From Octopus vulgaris (taxonomy: Eukaryota), in NCBI GenBank assembly GCA_951406725.2, contig OX597819.1, positions 90,830,001 through 90,894,000 of the forward strand: 64,000 nt of DNA, in the 5' to 3' direction. Within the stretch, counting starts at the first letter, position 1. Each line of letters starts with the position of its first letter. Below are positions 35,981-49,840 of this stretch, in pieces. The notes under the pieces were generated by a model, which made no database searches, was not told the DNA's origin, and saw nothing but the letters and a program-made list of their open reading frames with translations. Position numbers and translations under genes: made by a program.

Positions 35981-37489
35981 AAAAAAAAAGAACTTAAAGA
36001 TTTTGCCTCCAATGCTGGACTTGGAAGTGGAAATCCCAGAGATAAAGAGATTTGCCATCACTTTCCTCTATATCTAAGCTCACCTAATTCTTGACAACTG
36101 AGGCTATTGAGAGAAAAGCAACATATAATAAATGAAAAATTCAAAATTCATAAACTAAGATTCTAAGTAGAGTTTGTAGTCAGCTACATTTCATTTTAAG
36201 TCTTTTCTTTTGTCTGTCATTGGAGTATTTCTGTGTCTCAGTGTGTATTGCTATGGCATCAATTCATGTAATGCCATTTCCATTGATGCATAAGGTTAGC
36301 TCTGTGAGGGGAAAAAAAACCCCAGTTAATTAATAAAGAGCTTTACCTGCCCAAAATGTTATTATTCTCTTCTTCCAAGGAATGCAAACTTATCTAAAAC
36401 CATAAACTTTACTAAATAGTTCTTCTGTCATGCAGAACATCCTTAATTTCCCTGGATTCTGTTTTCTCTAGTAGCCAGGTAATGTCACGAAAAGATAACC
36501 TGTCATATTGATGATAGCAGCTGACATTGGTAAATAACTATAATACTACTTATGTAATCTCTATATATAAATGGGTAGTGTTCTGTGTGTGTATGTGTGT
36601 GTGTGTGTGTGTAGTTTGTCTACAGAATCTTCTAAATGAAATCATATACATTATTTTTTATCAACTAACAAGGGAATTTGTATGAGATTATTTTGAGAAA
36701 TAGCAGCTAAATTTCTCTCAAGTCACACCCTACCGACTATCAAAAAAAAAAAAAAAGCAAATGGAGAAAGACAGAAAGTCAAAATGGTGTAGTATCATTA
36801 AAAACTGAGAGACATCAGTGAAAAATAAAAGAAATTTGAAAATAGATTCATGTGACATCAAATTATCTTATTTCTTCTTCTTTTAGAAGATCCCTTTACT
36901 TCTTTTTCTTTCCTTTTACCCTTTTTTTGAGTAGTGGAATAAAGGAAGAGAGGGGGGAAGAGACAGAGAAATTGAAACACAGTCATGAGGAGAAAGACAT
37001 AAATAGAGAGAAAGGAAAGTACTGGTGATGATGCTAGCAAATTATTGGCAATAACAGTTTGTTGCAGAATTCTTCTTGAGTGAACCCTCAAACTGGTTCT
37101 ACTAGCTTGAATAATGCTGGATATATTAAAAAATGCAATATAGTTTCTGACTGAAGAAGAAAAAAATGTGATAGCCTTACTTGAAATCCTTTTAACCATA
37201 GGTTTCCTCCATCAGGGCTTGTTTGGGTCAATACAATAAGTACCAGTTGAATACTGGGGTCAATATAACTGGATTACTCCTCTCCTAAAATTGCTGGCCC
37301 TGTGCCAAAATTTGAAGCCAATATTACCAATTTCTTGTTCTTAAACATTCTAAATTAAAATTTTGCACCAAAATTTCATGACAAGTTATGTTCCAAATGC
37401 CAGCTTAATAATGACAGTTATTTCACAAAATTCTTCATTATTTTCACAATTGAATGAAACAAAGTCTGTATATTTCAACATAAATATAT

Positions 37490-37862
37490 TGAACGAGTAA
37501 AACGCACCCCCCATCCAATCGACGGTGCTGAGTTGTCAAACATTTAAACCAAATTTTCTCAAAACAACTTGTAGCATTATTTCAAACCAGTCAGCTTCTT
37601 TTGCTCAAACTGCATGTGCATTTTTCTCGTATACGCATAGTATCAATTACAACAGCTGATGTACTTGCATGTGCAAATGCACGTTCCCACGGTTTTATCA
37701 ATTGCATTCTCACCTGGAATCGATTTTTGTAATTTTTTCAAGACTAATACACGCCCAGATACTGTCGGTTTCTACATATCAAAGTTGAGCGCAATCGGAT
37801 GGAGGATGCCCGAGATCCTAGAAGACACACACAGACAGACAGAACGGATTTTATATAATAGA
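37490..37862 (-). mobile_element. Non-autonomous Helitron/Helentron-like element, 5' part
   Basis: Minus strand begins TCTATTATATAAAA followed by (GTCT)n/(GT)n and ccgattgcgctcaactttg; CpG-rich body. Confidence 0.65.
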
Positions 37863-37913
37863 TTATCAACAAACAACTTGAACTGGAAACTTTATTTCCA
37901 CTTAATGAGTTCC

Positions 37914-38340
37914 CTAACCTTTTAGCATTCACATTACTCTGTCATACAATGCTGATTTATTCACATTGTTCTGAACGAATTGTAGCTTCAAGATTTCAAT
38001 AATGTGATTGTTTACTTTCAGAATGACCATAGTAGAGTTTTCATGAGAGGCCAAATCTAACTGATTTAAACATAAAACAAGTAGAATATTAAGGCCAGAT
38101 AAAGCTGGTTTAACTGGTACTGTCATGACCTTTTAGTGTTCAGGTTATTCTATCAAACGTGATGTTTATTGATTCACATTGTGTTGAATTAATTATGCAT
38201 TATCGCATATCTTTGAGATTTCAGTGCTGTGATTGTTTAATGTTGAATAACATTGTAGAGTAAGTGTGAGAGTATGGATCTGATTATTTTGAACATGAAA
38301 CAGATGGAATATTTTGGTTGGATATGACTGGTTTACACAG
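37914..38340 (+). mobile_element. Two head-to-tail piggyBac-like MITE copies
   Basis: 37914-38113 and 38126-38340 both align with 10294-10520. Confidence 0.75.
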
Positions 38341-38444
38341 CCATTAAAAATAAAAACAGTATCACATTAATTGTAGCCCCCTTTTGATATTGCTTGAAAC
38401 CTTGGGTAATGACTGAAAGAATATGGTTGTAAATATGTTTAGCC

Positions 38445-38833
38445 ACAATGATGTTCCTCCAAAGTGTCCTTGGAGTAACATTACTTAATAGAGTGTGTAG
38501 CTTGGAGACCAGAATGGGGCTCCAGGTAGAGCTGCTACTTCTCTGAATTGAGAGATCACAGCTCTGATACTATGGACATGTGGTAAGAATGTCCCAGGAA
38601 AGAATCACTGGGCAGGTTTTATGGGCAAAACCAACTAGCAAGAGACCTGGGATAAGACCATGAGTACGATGGTTGGATAACATCCATCAGCTCACTTGGT
38701 CTCATTTGGGGAGCCAACCAGGTCAATTAGAAATGGTTGCTTCTGGCAGGACTCAATGGAAGGCTTACTTGAGTACTCTGCCCTCATGACTTTCTCAGGA
38801 ATAAGTGGACAAAGAAGATGAGATGAGATGAGA
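38445..38833 (+). mobile_element. RTE LINE 3' end (second, older family) with (GATGA)n tail
   Basis: VELLLL*IERSQL*YYGHVVRMSQER...KRPGIRP*VRWLDNI. Confidence 0.8.
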
Positions 38834-39591
38834 TAAATTCAGTTCAATAATTGGTCCTGTGATTAAATAATAAATTAGTATTGTGTAAAATAACTATCAT
38901 GTCATTAATGTTATTTTTTTAAGTATCATCTCATGATTTCATAAACAGGATGAAGAATGAAGTTAAACAGCATGAAGAATGAAGTTAATGACCCATGATG
39001 GATCCTCCATGGGTTTTGATAATGAACATTTAGTTGGGATGGGACAATTGGGTGTGACTGTCAGGACGATGGCAATTTAGTAAGACTAAGACTGGACATT
39101 CAGTCTATTTTGATGACAGTAGTTTGGCAGTGGAGGCAAATATATGCACACACACACATACACACACTCATACATGTACACACGTGCATACATGCACATA
39201 CATGCACATACATGCACATACACACATGTACATGTATGCACAGAAACATTTCATGGTGTAAAATAAACAAGACATAAATTTTCCCCTTCTTCACTTTGAG
39301 TAGGATCCTTTTAAACACAAGAAACATTCCCAAATAACATCTGGTTCCTAATCCTGATGTATCAGCAATCATCTTTGGAGTAATGAATAGTGTCTTGTAG
39401 GTATCTTGTTACATGGTTGCTTCGTCTGCTAGCTGCGAGAAATAGCCACTAAATTTCACTAAGATCAACTCCACTGCCTTAAAGAAATGGTAAAGTTACA
39501 TACTATATAATATCACTCTAGATATCTTCCCACTCCCCTCAAAAGATAATACAAATTGGATAGTCATTGGTGGAATGTTTTTGATCATATA

Positions 39592-39806
39592 TGAGGTACG
39601 TCCAAAAAGTACCTGACTATTTTTTCCTGATGTGTACCCTAGGTATACTCTAGGCATAACAGCTGGGAACTGATGTGACCTACTGGCACAAAAGTTTTCA
39701 TGCATGCATAGGCAGGGTGGTGTCATCCCCCACCCAAATGATTTGGCCCACATGGCATTAGTTTTGGTGAGAAAAATAAAGACAGACACTTTTTGAACAT
39801 ACCTCT
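39592..39806. mobile_element. mariner-type MITE
   Basis: TIR tgaggtacgtccaaaaagt / actttttgaacatacctct with TA-type flanks. Confidence 0.65.
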
Positions 39807-39932
39807 TATATCTGTTCTATCAGGATTAAACAACTACAACACTATAAAAATGTTGCTATCATTTTTTGAACCTAAAAACTAGCCATTGTTAAGTCCAATT
39901 CCTAATCCATGCTGTCAGTATTTAATCTATTC

Positions 39933-40090
39933 AGGGCAATGAGCTGGCAGAATCATTAGGATGCTGGGCAAAATGCTTAGTGCATATCACCTGTCCTTAT
40001 GTTTCTGAGTTCAAATTGCACTGAGGTTGACTTTGCCTTTCATCCTTCTAGGGTTGATAAAATAAGTACCAGTTGAATGCTAGGGTTGAT
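39933..40090 (+). mobile_element. SINE family B
   Basis: gagctggcagaatc...ctttgcctttcatcct...aataagtaccag. Confidence 0.78.
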
Positions 40091-40320
40091 ATAATAAGGT
40101 CTTATTGTTGATGCCATCTCAACCTACTACACTACTTAGATTTTGGTATACCCCAGTTAACTGATGATCCCTTCACCATAAATTTCTATTGCTTAATACA
40201 TAATTTGTACCTACATGCCACACACACATACATATGCAGATGATGTGTTGGAGCAACTACAGTCTATTGAACTGAATATAGTAAATGTTTTTTATATTCC
40301 ATATTATTACTGCTTAGTAT

Positions 40321-40540
40321 AAGGTGTCAAGCCAGTAGAATCAATAGCACACCAGGCGAAATTCTTATCAGTATTTCATCAGTCACTATGTTCTGAGTTC
40401 AAATTCCACCGAGGCTGACTTTACCTTTCATCATTTTGGAGTCGATAAATTAAGTACTAGTGAAACACTAAAGTCAAGGTAATTGATTAGTCCCTCTCCT
40501 CCAAATTTCGGATCTTGTGCCTTCAGTAGAAAGGATTATT
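40321..40540 (+). mobile_element. SINE family B
   Basis: gagttcaaattccaccgagg...gtcgataaattaagtac...cttgtgcct. Confidence 0.78.
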
Positions 40541-40957
40541 ACAGCTTAGCATGTTACCATCTGAGTCACCCTTTCAGACCTGATAATAATATCATAATAA
40601 ATTGTATTATAATACTAATAATGGTTTCAAAGTTTGACACATGGTCAGTAATTTTTGGGAGTGGGGGCTTGTTGCATTTTTTTATTTATCTTTTACTTGT
40701 TTCAGTCATGCTGGGGCACTACTTTTAAGGGTTTAATTGAACAAATCAACTTCGCATGTATATTTTTAAGCCTTATACTAATTCTGTCTGTCTCTTTTGC
40801 TGAAATGTTAAGTTACAAGGATGCAAAGAAGCCAACATCTGCTGTCAAGTGATAGTGGAGGAACAAACATAAAGACAAACACCTACGCACTGATACATAC
40901 ATACATACATACATACATACATACGTACATACATACATACATACATACATACATACA

Positions 40958-40988
<31 letters not shown>

Positions 40989-41609
40989 TATATAGGTAGT
41001 TAGGGTGAATCTCAGCTGTTTCCTCTTGAAGTACATTCCATCATTACAATCAACATGTAGCCATAGTTGCTGCTGTATGTTAATTAAAATACATATTAAA
41101 ATTGAGAATTAGAGAAATATTAATTGTAGATTTATTGTATAAAAAAAACAGGAAAGTGGAAATTTTTTGATACTATTTATTACCCCATTACATTTGTTTT
41201 ATTTGCTAATAGGAATTACAAAGATTTATTTATTAGATAGACATGTAAAGAATTATCCTATTAGAAATTTGTCAGGCAGAGGAACATTTTTTTATAATAC
41301 AAAAATTACTTTTGGATGAAGTGTATATATTCATATATCAATCTGGAGCATCACTAATGGCCCTAGTGAAGAAAAAAGAAAAAAATATACACATACATGC
41401 TCAGGCATACACTCACATACATACATGCACATAGATATACTAGTACATATGCCCATATACACAAGCACACACACATACATCCATACATAAAAGCATACAC
41501 ATCCGCAGAAATACACACATAAATGCATACATTTATATACATACACATACAAGTCTGACCAAATGATTAACCAAACGTTTGATTTGTTAACTGGTTAAAT
41601 AGTCAACCA

Positions 41610-41830
41610 ATTCATCATTATTATCATCATCATCATCTTCATCATCATCATCATTTAAAGTCCGTTTTCCATGCTGGCATAGTTTGGACAGTATGACCAG
41701 AGCTGGCAAGCTGGAGAGCTGCACCAAGTTCCAGTCTGATTTGGTTTGATTTCTACAGCTGAATGCCCTTCCTAATGCCAACCACTTTAAAGAGTGTGCT
41801 AGATGCGTCTTATGTGGATCAACATGGATG
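41610..41830 (-). mobile_element. RTE 3' terminal fragment
   Basis: (cat)n tttaaagtccgttttccatgctggc...tgcccttcctaatgccaaccact. Confidence 0.8.
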
Positions 41831-42596
41831 CTTTTTACTTTGACAGGCATGGGTGCTTTATACATGAACCAACATGGGTAATAAAAATAAAGAAGTGAAA
41901 TAGAAGCAGTGCATGTGTTCATTATTGGCATAATGATCCTCCTGAGTCACAGAAGAAATTGCTCATAATGTATCCATCTTTGTACACTGAAATTTGAGGG
42001 AGATTTGACTGATATTTCAAGCAAGTCAAATGACCATGTAGATTCTACATTGCATTGGCTCCTCTATAGTAATGCTGAGGAATGAGGGAACTGTTAATCC
42101 TTCATGGCACCCCAACCAACACTTACCACCACCGCCACCGCCACTGCCGCCGCTACCACCACCACCACCACTACCACCACTAACAACAACAAACAAATAA
42201 CTATAATGTTCCTAATACTTATAGTGTAATATGGAAAGTAAAATACCTATATTGATACTAATCCTACATATAACGTTAACAGCTGGACCATAATTAATAA
42301 AAGAGAAATAAATAAAAAACAAAACAAAACAAAACAAAAGAGCTAACCCTTGCTTCTACACATTGAAAACCCCTAGAGTAATCTGAAATGAACAACAAAC
42401 TTGAACAAGGATGATGATAAAAGAAACCACTACTGTACACATATGTATGAGCACATGCACATACGTATGAATCATAATGGAAACATTAAGTAGATTAGAA
42501 GAAAAAGATTAGTTTTAATGAAATCCTCAGAAAGAAAAGAAGAAAGAAAATAAGAAAGATTATACAAAAGTATCAGATACAAAAGAGGATCAAGGG

Positions 42597-42647
<51 letters not shown>

Positions 42648-42649
42648 CA

Positions 42650-42722
<73 letters not shown>

Positions 42723-42731
42723 ATATAATAC

Positions 42732-42796
<65 letters not shown>

Positions 42797-42819
42797 TGTA
42801 TGTGAGTGTGTGTGTGTGT

Positions 42820-43048
42820 TCTTTTATTCTTTTACTTGTTTTAGTCATTTGACTGCAGCCATGCTGGCGCACTGCCTTGAAGAATCTTAGTCAAACAAAT
42901 CGATCCCAGGACTAATTTTTTGAAGTCTAGTACTTGTTCTGTCGGTTCTCTTTTGCCGAACTGCTACGTTACAGGGATGTAAACACACCAACACCGATTG
43001 TCAAGCAGCAATGGGGGTACAAACAGAGACACAAAGACATACACACAT
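42820..43048 (-). mobile_element. SINE family A, 3' half
   Basis: cttttacttgttt.agtcatttgactgc...gtaaacacacca.caccg.ttgtcaagc. Confidence 0.8.
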
Positions 43049-43062
43049 AAATATATACATAT

Positions 43063-43217
43063 AGGAGTAGATAGAAAGCTGGCGACTGATGAAGGGTCGT
43101 TTGTCTGTTTTTACTTGTCCTGTTTTCCATTTTTATCTCTTGTCGTTTGAATATTTAACTAATTCGTTTACGTATTTCATGTTGTTTGCACAGTTGGTGA
43201 TGTCCTCTACCCATATA

Positions 43218-43225
<8 letters not shown>
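43063..43225 (+). mobile_element. PLE-like terminal fragment (related to 52051-52300)
   Basis: gagtagat...ggcg.ctga(t/a)gaaggg...tgtcct.tacccatatatgcat is shared between the two loci. Confidence 0.55.
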
Positions 43226-43260
<35 letters not shown>

Positions 43261-43300
43261 TATTATTATTATTTAATTGAACACCATGCATCCATTTCCA

Positions 43301-43824
43301 TTTATAGGTGTCTACTCTTTGAACCCCCCTCTTCAATACGCTATTTCACCATGCATTACCCCTCTCTCGATATCCTACGTTCTACTTGCCTAGAACCTGT
43401 CCTCTGAACCACCCCTCCCACTGGTGCTCCCCTACATTTCTGAACCACCCCTCCCACTGGTGCCCACCCCTCCCACTGGTGCTCCCCTATATTTCTGCAC
43501 CCCCCCCACCACCATTATAGGTGTCTACTCTTTGAACCCCCCTCTTCAATACGCTATTTCACCATGCATTACCCCTCTCTCGATATCCTACGTTCTACTT
43601 GCCTAGAACCTGTCCCCTGAACCACCCCTCCCACTGGTGCTCCCCTATATTTCTGCACCCCCCCCACCACCATTATAGGTGTCTACTCTTTGAACCCCCC
43701 TCTTCAATACGCTATTTCACCATGCATTACCCCTCTCTCGATATCCTACGTTCTACTTGCCTAGAACCTGTCCCCTGAACCACCCCTCCCACTGGTGCTC
43801 CCCTATATTTCTGCACCCCCCCCA
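43301..43824. repeat. Young ~158-bp tandem repeat, 3 copies
   Basis: ttataggtgtctactctttgaacccccctcttcaatacgc... starts near 43301, 43513 and 43671; copies are near-identical. Confidence 0.92.
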
Positions 43825-43959
43825 TAAAAAGCACCATCCGAACGTGGCCGATGCCAGACCCCTCTGGCACCTGTGCAGGTGGCACGTAAAAAACACCAGC
43901 TCCCCAGACCCCGGTCGAAACCGTCCAACCCGTGCTAGCGCGGAAAACGGACGTTAAAC

Positions 43960-43990
<31 letters not shown>
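43825..43990 (+). mobile_element. RTE 3' terminal fragment (internally deleted)
   Basis: taaaaagcacc...ggtggcacgtaaaa...ccgtccaacccgtgctagcgcggaaaacggacgttaaac(gat)n. Confidence 0.85.
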
Positions 43991-44964
43991 TATGTATATA
44001 GGACAAGCTTATTTCAGTTTCCATCTACCAAATCCACTCAAGACTTTGGTCAGCCTGAAGCTATAGCAGAAGACACTTACCCAAGGTACCATGCAGTAGT
44101 ACTGAACCCAAAACCAACCATATGGTTGGGAAGCAAGTTTCTTATATGTGTGTGTGTGTGTACTTTTTTTTCTTGCGCCCCAGGTCTCATAAAACCAATT
44201 AGTCTCCATGACATATAAGTAACCAAAATCATAACATTCTCCCTCAACAAGATGCTGGCCTGCTGCAGGGTTGAAGGTCAGCATTTGTTGAGTTGGATGG
44301 AGTAATTCAAATACTTACTCCATCCAAAAGGATGACAGGCAAAAACTGACATTGGTAGAATTTGAACTCAGAATGTAAAGAGCTGGAAGAAATGCTGCTA
44401 AGCATTTTGACTGATGCACTAATGTGCTTGTATTACTAAAAATTTTGGATCTGGAATTAAGTAGTGTCGTGGAATTCTTGGACCTAAAAAAACTGTGAGA
44501 TCTTCCAGCTATGCATAACTTGCATCAAGAATCCACCACACAACTTGATTCTAGACCTGAAGTTTTTAACAAATGCAAGCACACAAATAAATTTCTTCTG
44601 TTCAAATGGAGAACACCACTCTCTCCAGATTCAGTAACTAACTCACAGACTTTGGCCGCCTTCCTGTTATATTATTTTAGACCAGCTAGGTTAATTATGA
44701 TTTCTATTGAGGACAAAGAACTTGTTTTTTTTTAACTTTTCTTTTCTTTATTTCTCATTCTACTTTTTGCATCAACCTTCTTCACATTTTTTTCTTCTCA
44801 TTTTTTTATCATGTTTCTCGTAGATCAGCATCCTGGTTTTTAAATATATTTAACAATATGCAGTGAGCTTGGAGCTAATACATAGCATGTTATATAAATC
44901 TGTCAATTTATTGTACCTCTAAAGTATGAAACTATTAACAGCTCTTTTGTAAATTGTGTATATA

Positions 44965-45180
44965 CTTTTTTACTGATCCTGCCATGATAGATCATTAGCC
45001 ACTACACACATTTTTTCCTCTCCTTTTTTTACTCTCCTTGTTTTTTCTGTGTCCCTTTCTGTATAAGAGCATAGGCTCGAAATGTAAAAGACTTTTTCTA
45101 TTCTTGAGCGTTATACTAATACATCTGTTTGTTTTGTACACCACCTGTCTTCGTCTTTTGTTTTTTTCATAAAATCTCCC
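44965..45180 (+). mobile_element. PLE terminal repeat with degenerate minimal hammerhead (45055-45090)
   Basis: cttt-CTGTATA-a-gagc atag gctc-GAAAT-GTA-aaag; same family as 49240-49420. Confidence 0.7.
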
Positions 45181-45240
<60 letters not shown>

Positions 45241-45274
45241 GTATGTATATGTATATATATATGAGACAACCTCA

Positions 45275-45481
45275 CTAGTGTTATTTGCATGTAAAAAAAA
45301 AAAAGCACCTAGTTCCCTCTGTTAAGTGGTTGGCATTAAGGAGGGCATCCAGCTGTAGAAGCTATGCCAAGCAAACACTTAAGCATGATACAGTCCTTGA
45401 AGTCATAGGATCCTGTCAAACCATCAGCCCTTGGCAATATGGAACACAGATGTTAAATGATGATGATGACAATGATGATGA
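45275..45481 (+). mobile_element. RTE 3' terminal fragment, diverged
   Basis: gtggttggcatta.g.agggcatccagctgtagaa...tgttaaat(gat)n. Confidence 0.75.
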
Positions 45482-46069
45482 GGTGAGGGCTTGTTGGGTA
45501 TATGTGTGTCTGTGTGTTCATTTATATTTGCACTCCTCTGAGAATATAGAGCAATAAGTGAATTAAGAGTGTAGTTAGAGAAGAGAGTGGAATGCTGGAT
45601 AGAAAAGGAGCATTTCTTAAAGAGGGATATAAAAATAAATGATAAAACAGGATGTGTAACTAGTGAAAAGTTGTTTGCTTTTGGTCTTTATTCTTGTCAC
45701 TCACCGATTATCTTACCACTTGCCCAATACATATCCTGGTACAATTATTTGTAGGATGTGGAGTACTACTTCAAAACAATGACTGCATTGTTTCATAACA
45801 AGGATAGAAAATGATGTTAACTTACTGTTACAATTATTGAATGGGCTTAGTATTTGTGACGAAACTACTATCTTTGATGGGCATGCAGTACTAACCCAGC
45901 ACATCTAAAATATATACATATACCCTACAACACTGATACTCAAGTTTGGCAGGGGAAATCAACACTAAGAGGCATTCCCTTAACTCTGCAAACACTGTTC
46001 TTTTTTTGGTTTATCTAATATCCAACTTGAAGGGATTATACACAGCTTAATGAGAAATTTACTGTAGTG

Positions 46070-46108
<39 letters not shown>

Positions 46109-46110
<2 letters not shown>

Positions 46111-46523
46111 TCTTTTACTCTTTTACTTGTTTCAGTCATTTGATTGTGGCCATGCTGGAGCACCGCCTTTAGTCGAGCAAATTGACCTCAGGACTTATTC
46201 TTTGTAAGCCTAGTACTTATTCTACCGGTATCTTTTGCCGAACTGCTATGTTACTGGGACGTAAACACACCAGCATCGGTTGTCAAGCAATGTCGTGGGG
46301 GGTGGGGACAAACACAGAGACACAAACACACACACATGTATATATACATACACATACATACAACGGGCTTCTTTCAGTTTCTATCTACCAAATCCACTCA
46401 CAAGGCTTTGGTTGGCCTGAGGCTATAGTAGAAGACACTTGCCCAAAGTGCCATGCAATTTGAACTGAACCAGAACCATGTGGTTGGTAAGCAAGCTACT
46501 TACCACAAAGCCACTCCTGTGCC
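46109..46523 (-). mobile_element. SINE family A, full length
   Basis: Reverse complement of 59418-59823. Confidence 0.9.
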
Positions 46524-46565
46524 TATATATATATTTTATGTTTATATACATATATATATATATAC

Positions 46566-46623
<58 letters not shown>

Positions 46624-46825
46624 TGGGTACGGAGAGAGAGATATGTATATATATATAAATATATGGATATGTAAATATATATGTGTATACACACACACAC
46701 ACACACACTCACATGCACAAACACATACACATACACATATATGTATAAAAGATGGAGGTGGAAATAGCACGGAAGTGAATCTAAGATATTTCAGTTTATT
46801 CAATTTCAATACATACTATATGTAA

Positions 46826-47223
46826 TGCGGCGAGCTGGCAGAAACATTAGCACGTTGGGTGAAATGCTTAGAAGTATTTCGTCTGTCTTTACGTTCTGAG
46901 TTCAAATTCCACTGAGGCCGACTCTGCCTTTCATCTTTTCGAGGTTGACAAATTAAGTACCAGTTACGCACTGGAGTCGATGTAATCGACTTAATCCCTT
47001 TGTCTGTCCTTGTTTGTCCTCTCTGTGTTTAGCCCATTGTGGGTAGTAAAGAAATAGGTATTTCGTCTGTCTTTATGTTCTGAGGTTCAAATTCAGCCGA
47101 GGCCGACCCTGCCTTTCATCTTGTTGGGGTTAATAAATTAAGCACCAGTTGTGTACTGGAACCAATCTAATCAACTTTCGCCCTCCCCAAAAATTTCGGG
47201 CCTTGTGCCTAGAGAAGAAAAGA

Positions 47224-47225
<2 letters not shown>
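46826..47225 (+). mobile_element. SINE family B dimer/composite
   Basis: A full unit (46826-47058) runs directly into a second body (gtatttcgtctgtcttta.gttctgag...) that has an alternative tail. Confidence 0.85.
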
Positions 47226-47254
<29 letters not shown>

Positions 47255-47544
47255 TGTATGTATGTATGTATGTATGTATGTATGTATGTATGTATGTATG
47301 TATGTATGTATGTATGTATGTATGTATGTATGTATGTATGTATGTATGTATGTATGTATGTATGTATGTATGTATGTATGTATGTATGTATGTATGTATG
47401 TATGTATGTATGTATGTATGTATGTATGTATGTATGTATGTATGTATGTATGTATGTATGTATGTATGTATGTATGTATGTATGTATGTATGTATGTATG
47501 TATGTATGTATGTATGTATGTATGTATGTATGTATGTATGTATG

Positions 47545-47573
<29 letters not shown>
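47226..47573. repeat. Perfect (ATGT)n microsatellite, ~350 bp
   Basis: Direct reading of the sequence. Confidence 0.97.
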
Positions 47574-47577
<4 letters not shown>

Positions 47578-47854
47578 GTGTAATGTGTGTATGTAAAATG
47601 GAGGATTAGGCAAATGTCATCTAATGTATAAAAGGTTCTTGCATATGTTGTATTTGTATGCCATACTTATCCATACAATGGAGTTTGTGTCCATGTGAGA
47701 ACATTTTTCATTTTCCAACTGTGTTCAATAAATTCCTCACCACCACTACCGCCACTACTGCCAATACCAACTTCTTTCTTCATTTCAGATAACTTGTCTC
47801 AGTAATACTGCCTTTGATGGCATAAAAGTGATACTTTTCCTCTTTACTTATTTA

Positions 47855-47889
<35 letters not shown>

Positions 47890-48172
47890 TTGTATATTCC
47901 CTCCTTCTCCACTCACAAAGTAGTCCACAAACATAGCCTTGCCATCTTACATGTAAACCTGAAACTCTCTCCTATAGGTTTAAATGATAATCTTGATATA
48001 CTCGCTTCTGATGTCTACCACTTATTCTACCTTACCCACCCCAATAATATTATTTACTCAAAGATCATCATTATTATTACTGCTGATATTCTAATTTAAG
48101 AAGGAACAACTAAGCTGCTTTTGTTTTTACAATTAAATTACAGAAATATCATTAAAAGGCTTTATTTATTCA

Positions 48173-48203
<31 letters not shown>

Positions 48204-48479
48204 TTATGCTGTTGTTTCTTTTTTTTCTCTTTCTTGGCCTGGTATGTTAGTTGATATTATCTGCTATACTGCAGCTTCACATTTCAATAAAATAATTTGA
48301 TTCTTGAATATATATTTATAAAACTTATGTATGGAATATTCCCTGATGAAATGAGGTACAGAGTCTTATATGTAACCAAATATCCTGCTTATGTTGTTAA
48401 TCTAGAAATAATGGAGGAAGCAGAGGAGAAAGAGAAATAAGAAGTGGGTGGCAGAGAGAAAGAGAGAAAGGGAGAAGGA

Positions 48480-48561
<82 letters not shown>

Positions 48562-48855
48562 ATCAAGTTAAATTAATGTGTGTTGTGTTGCTAGAGAAAT
48601 ATATCAAACGCAATCAATTATTCATCAATGAGCCCTTACATTGGAATGAAATCAATGGTCGAGGTCAAACAAAGGTGATTTGAATGGCAGCACCATGAAA
48701 CACTTGTCCTGCATGGATTGATTAACTTTGATAGAGCTGAAGGAATGAAATAGAGGCCAGAGGGCTAATGGAATTCTCGGATGGATGTGAATGGATTCCC
48801 ACCTGCAAAACAATTCCTATATGTATGTGTGTGTGTGTGTGTGTGTGTATTTGTA

Positions 48856-48944
<89 letters not shown>

Positions 48945-48947
48945 GGG

Positions 48948-49170
48948 GGAGCACGTGGCTTAGTGGTTAGGGTGTCAGCATCATGATTGTAAGATTGTGG
49001 TTTTGATTCCTGGACTGGGCGAGGCGTTATGTTCTTCAGCAAAACACTTCATTTCACGTTGCTCCAGTCCACTCGGCCGGCAAAAATGAGTAACGCTGGG
49101 ATGGACTGGCGTCCTGTCCAGCTGGGAAACACATACACCATTGAAACTGGAAAACCAGGCCCATGAGCTT
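48948..49170 (+). mobile_element. SINE family C
   Basis: cacgtggcttagtggttagggtg...gattcctggactgggc...gcaaaacacttcatttcacgttgctccagtccactc. Confidence 0.82.
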
Positions 49171-49214
49171 TAAAAACGCGCTTTAAAAAGGCGCATTTAT
49201 TATATTATTTTTAG

Positions 49215-49239
<25 letters not shown>

Positions 49240-49246
<7 letters not shown>

Positions 49247-49420
49247 GCATTTTTTTCTCTCCTTGTTTCTCTCCTTGTTTTTTTCTGTATATCTTTCTGT
49301 CGAAGAGTGTAGGCTCGAAACGTAAAAGACTTTTTCTATTCCTAAGCTCTACACTAATACATTTGTTTGTTTGTACTCCACCTGCCTTCGTCTTTTGTTT
49401 ATTTTCGTAAACTTTCCCTT
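49240..49420 (+). mobile_element. PLE terminal repeat with minimal hammerhead variant (49292-49329)
   Basis: tcttt-CTGTCGA-a-gagt gtag gctc-GAAAC-GTA-aaaga. Confidence 0.75.
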
Positions 49421-49768
49421 TATATAATTAGAGAATGGAGCAGATAAAATCCAGGCTATATATGTTTCATAGCCAGCAGAACCTCAGAAGTAGTAATTAT
49501 CCAAACAAGGAATAATCTGAAGCTACTCGTCAGGCCAGAGATACCATAATCAAAAGAAGTTTACATTGTTGTCAAAGGATGCCTGTTAATTTGCAGGAGA
49601 TTCGATTGGCTCCTTTTTCAGCTTATCAAATTTTGTTATGGGAAAAATTTACAACCTTCTATGACAATAAATGGCTATTGTTCCTGAAAGTTGGTTTTTA
49701 TATCTTCTATGGACTGCTTGAAGCTGACTATCTTCCTATACCTCAATCCTTCGATCCTACCTTTACAG

Positions 49769-49803
<35 letters not shown>

Positions 49804-49808
49804 AAAAT

Positions 49809-49840
<32 letters not shown>

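Noticed and set aside
43301-43824. CRISPR-like array (also 29225-29600 and 56988-57440)
   Set aside because: Whole units repeat with no unique spacers; eukaryotic context; no cas genes.
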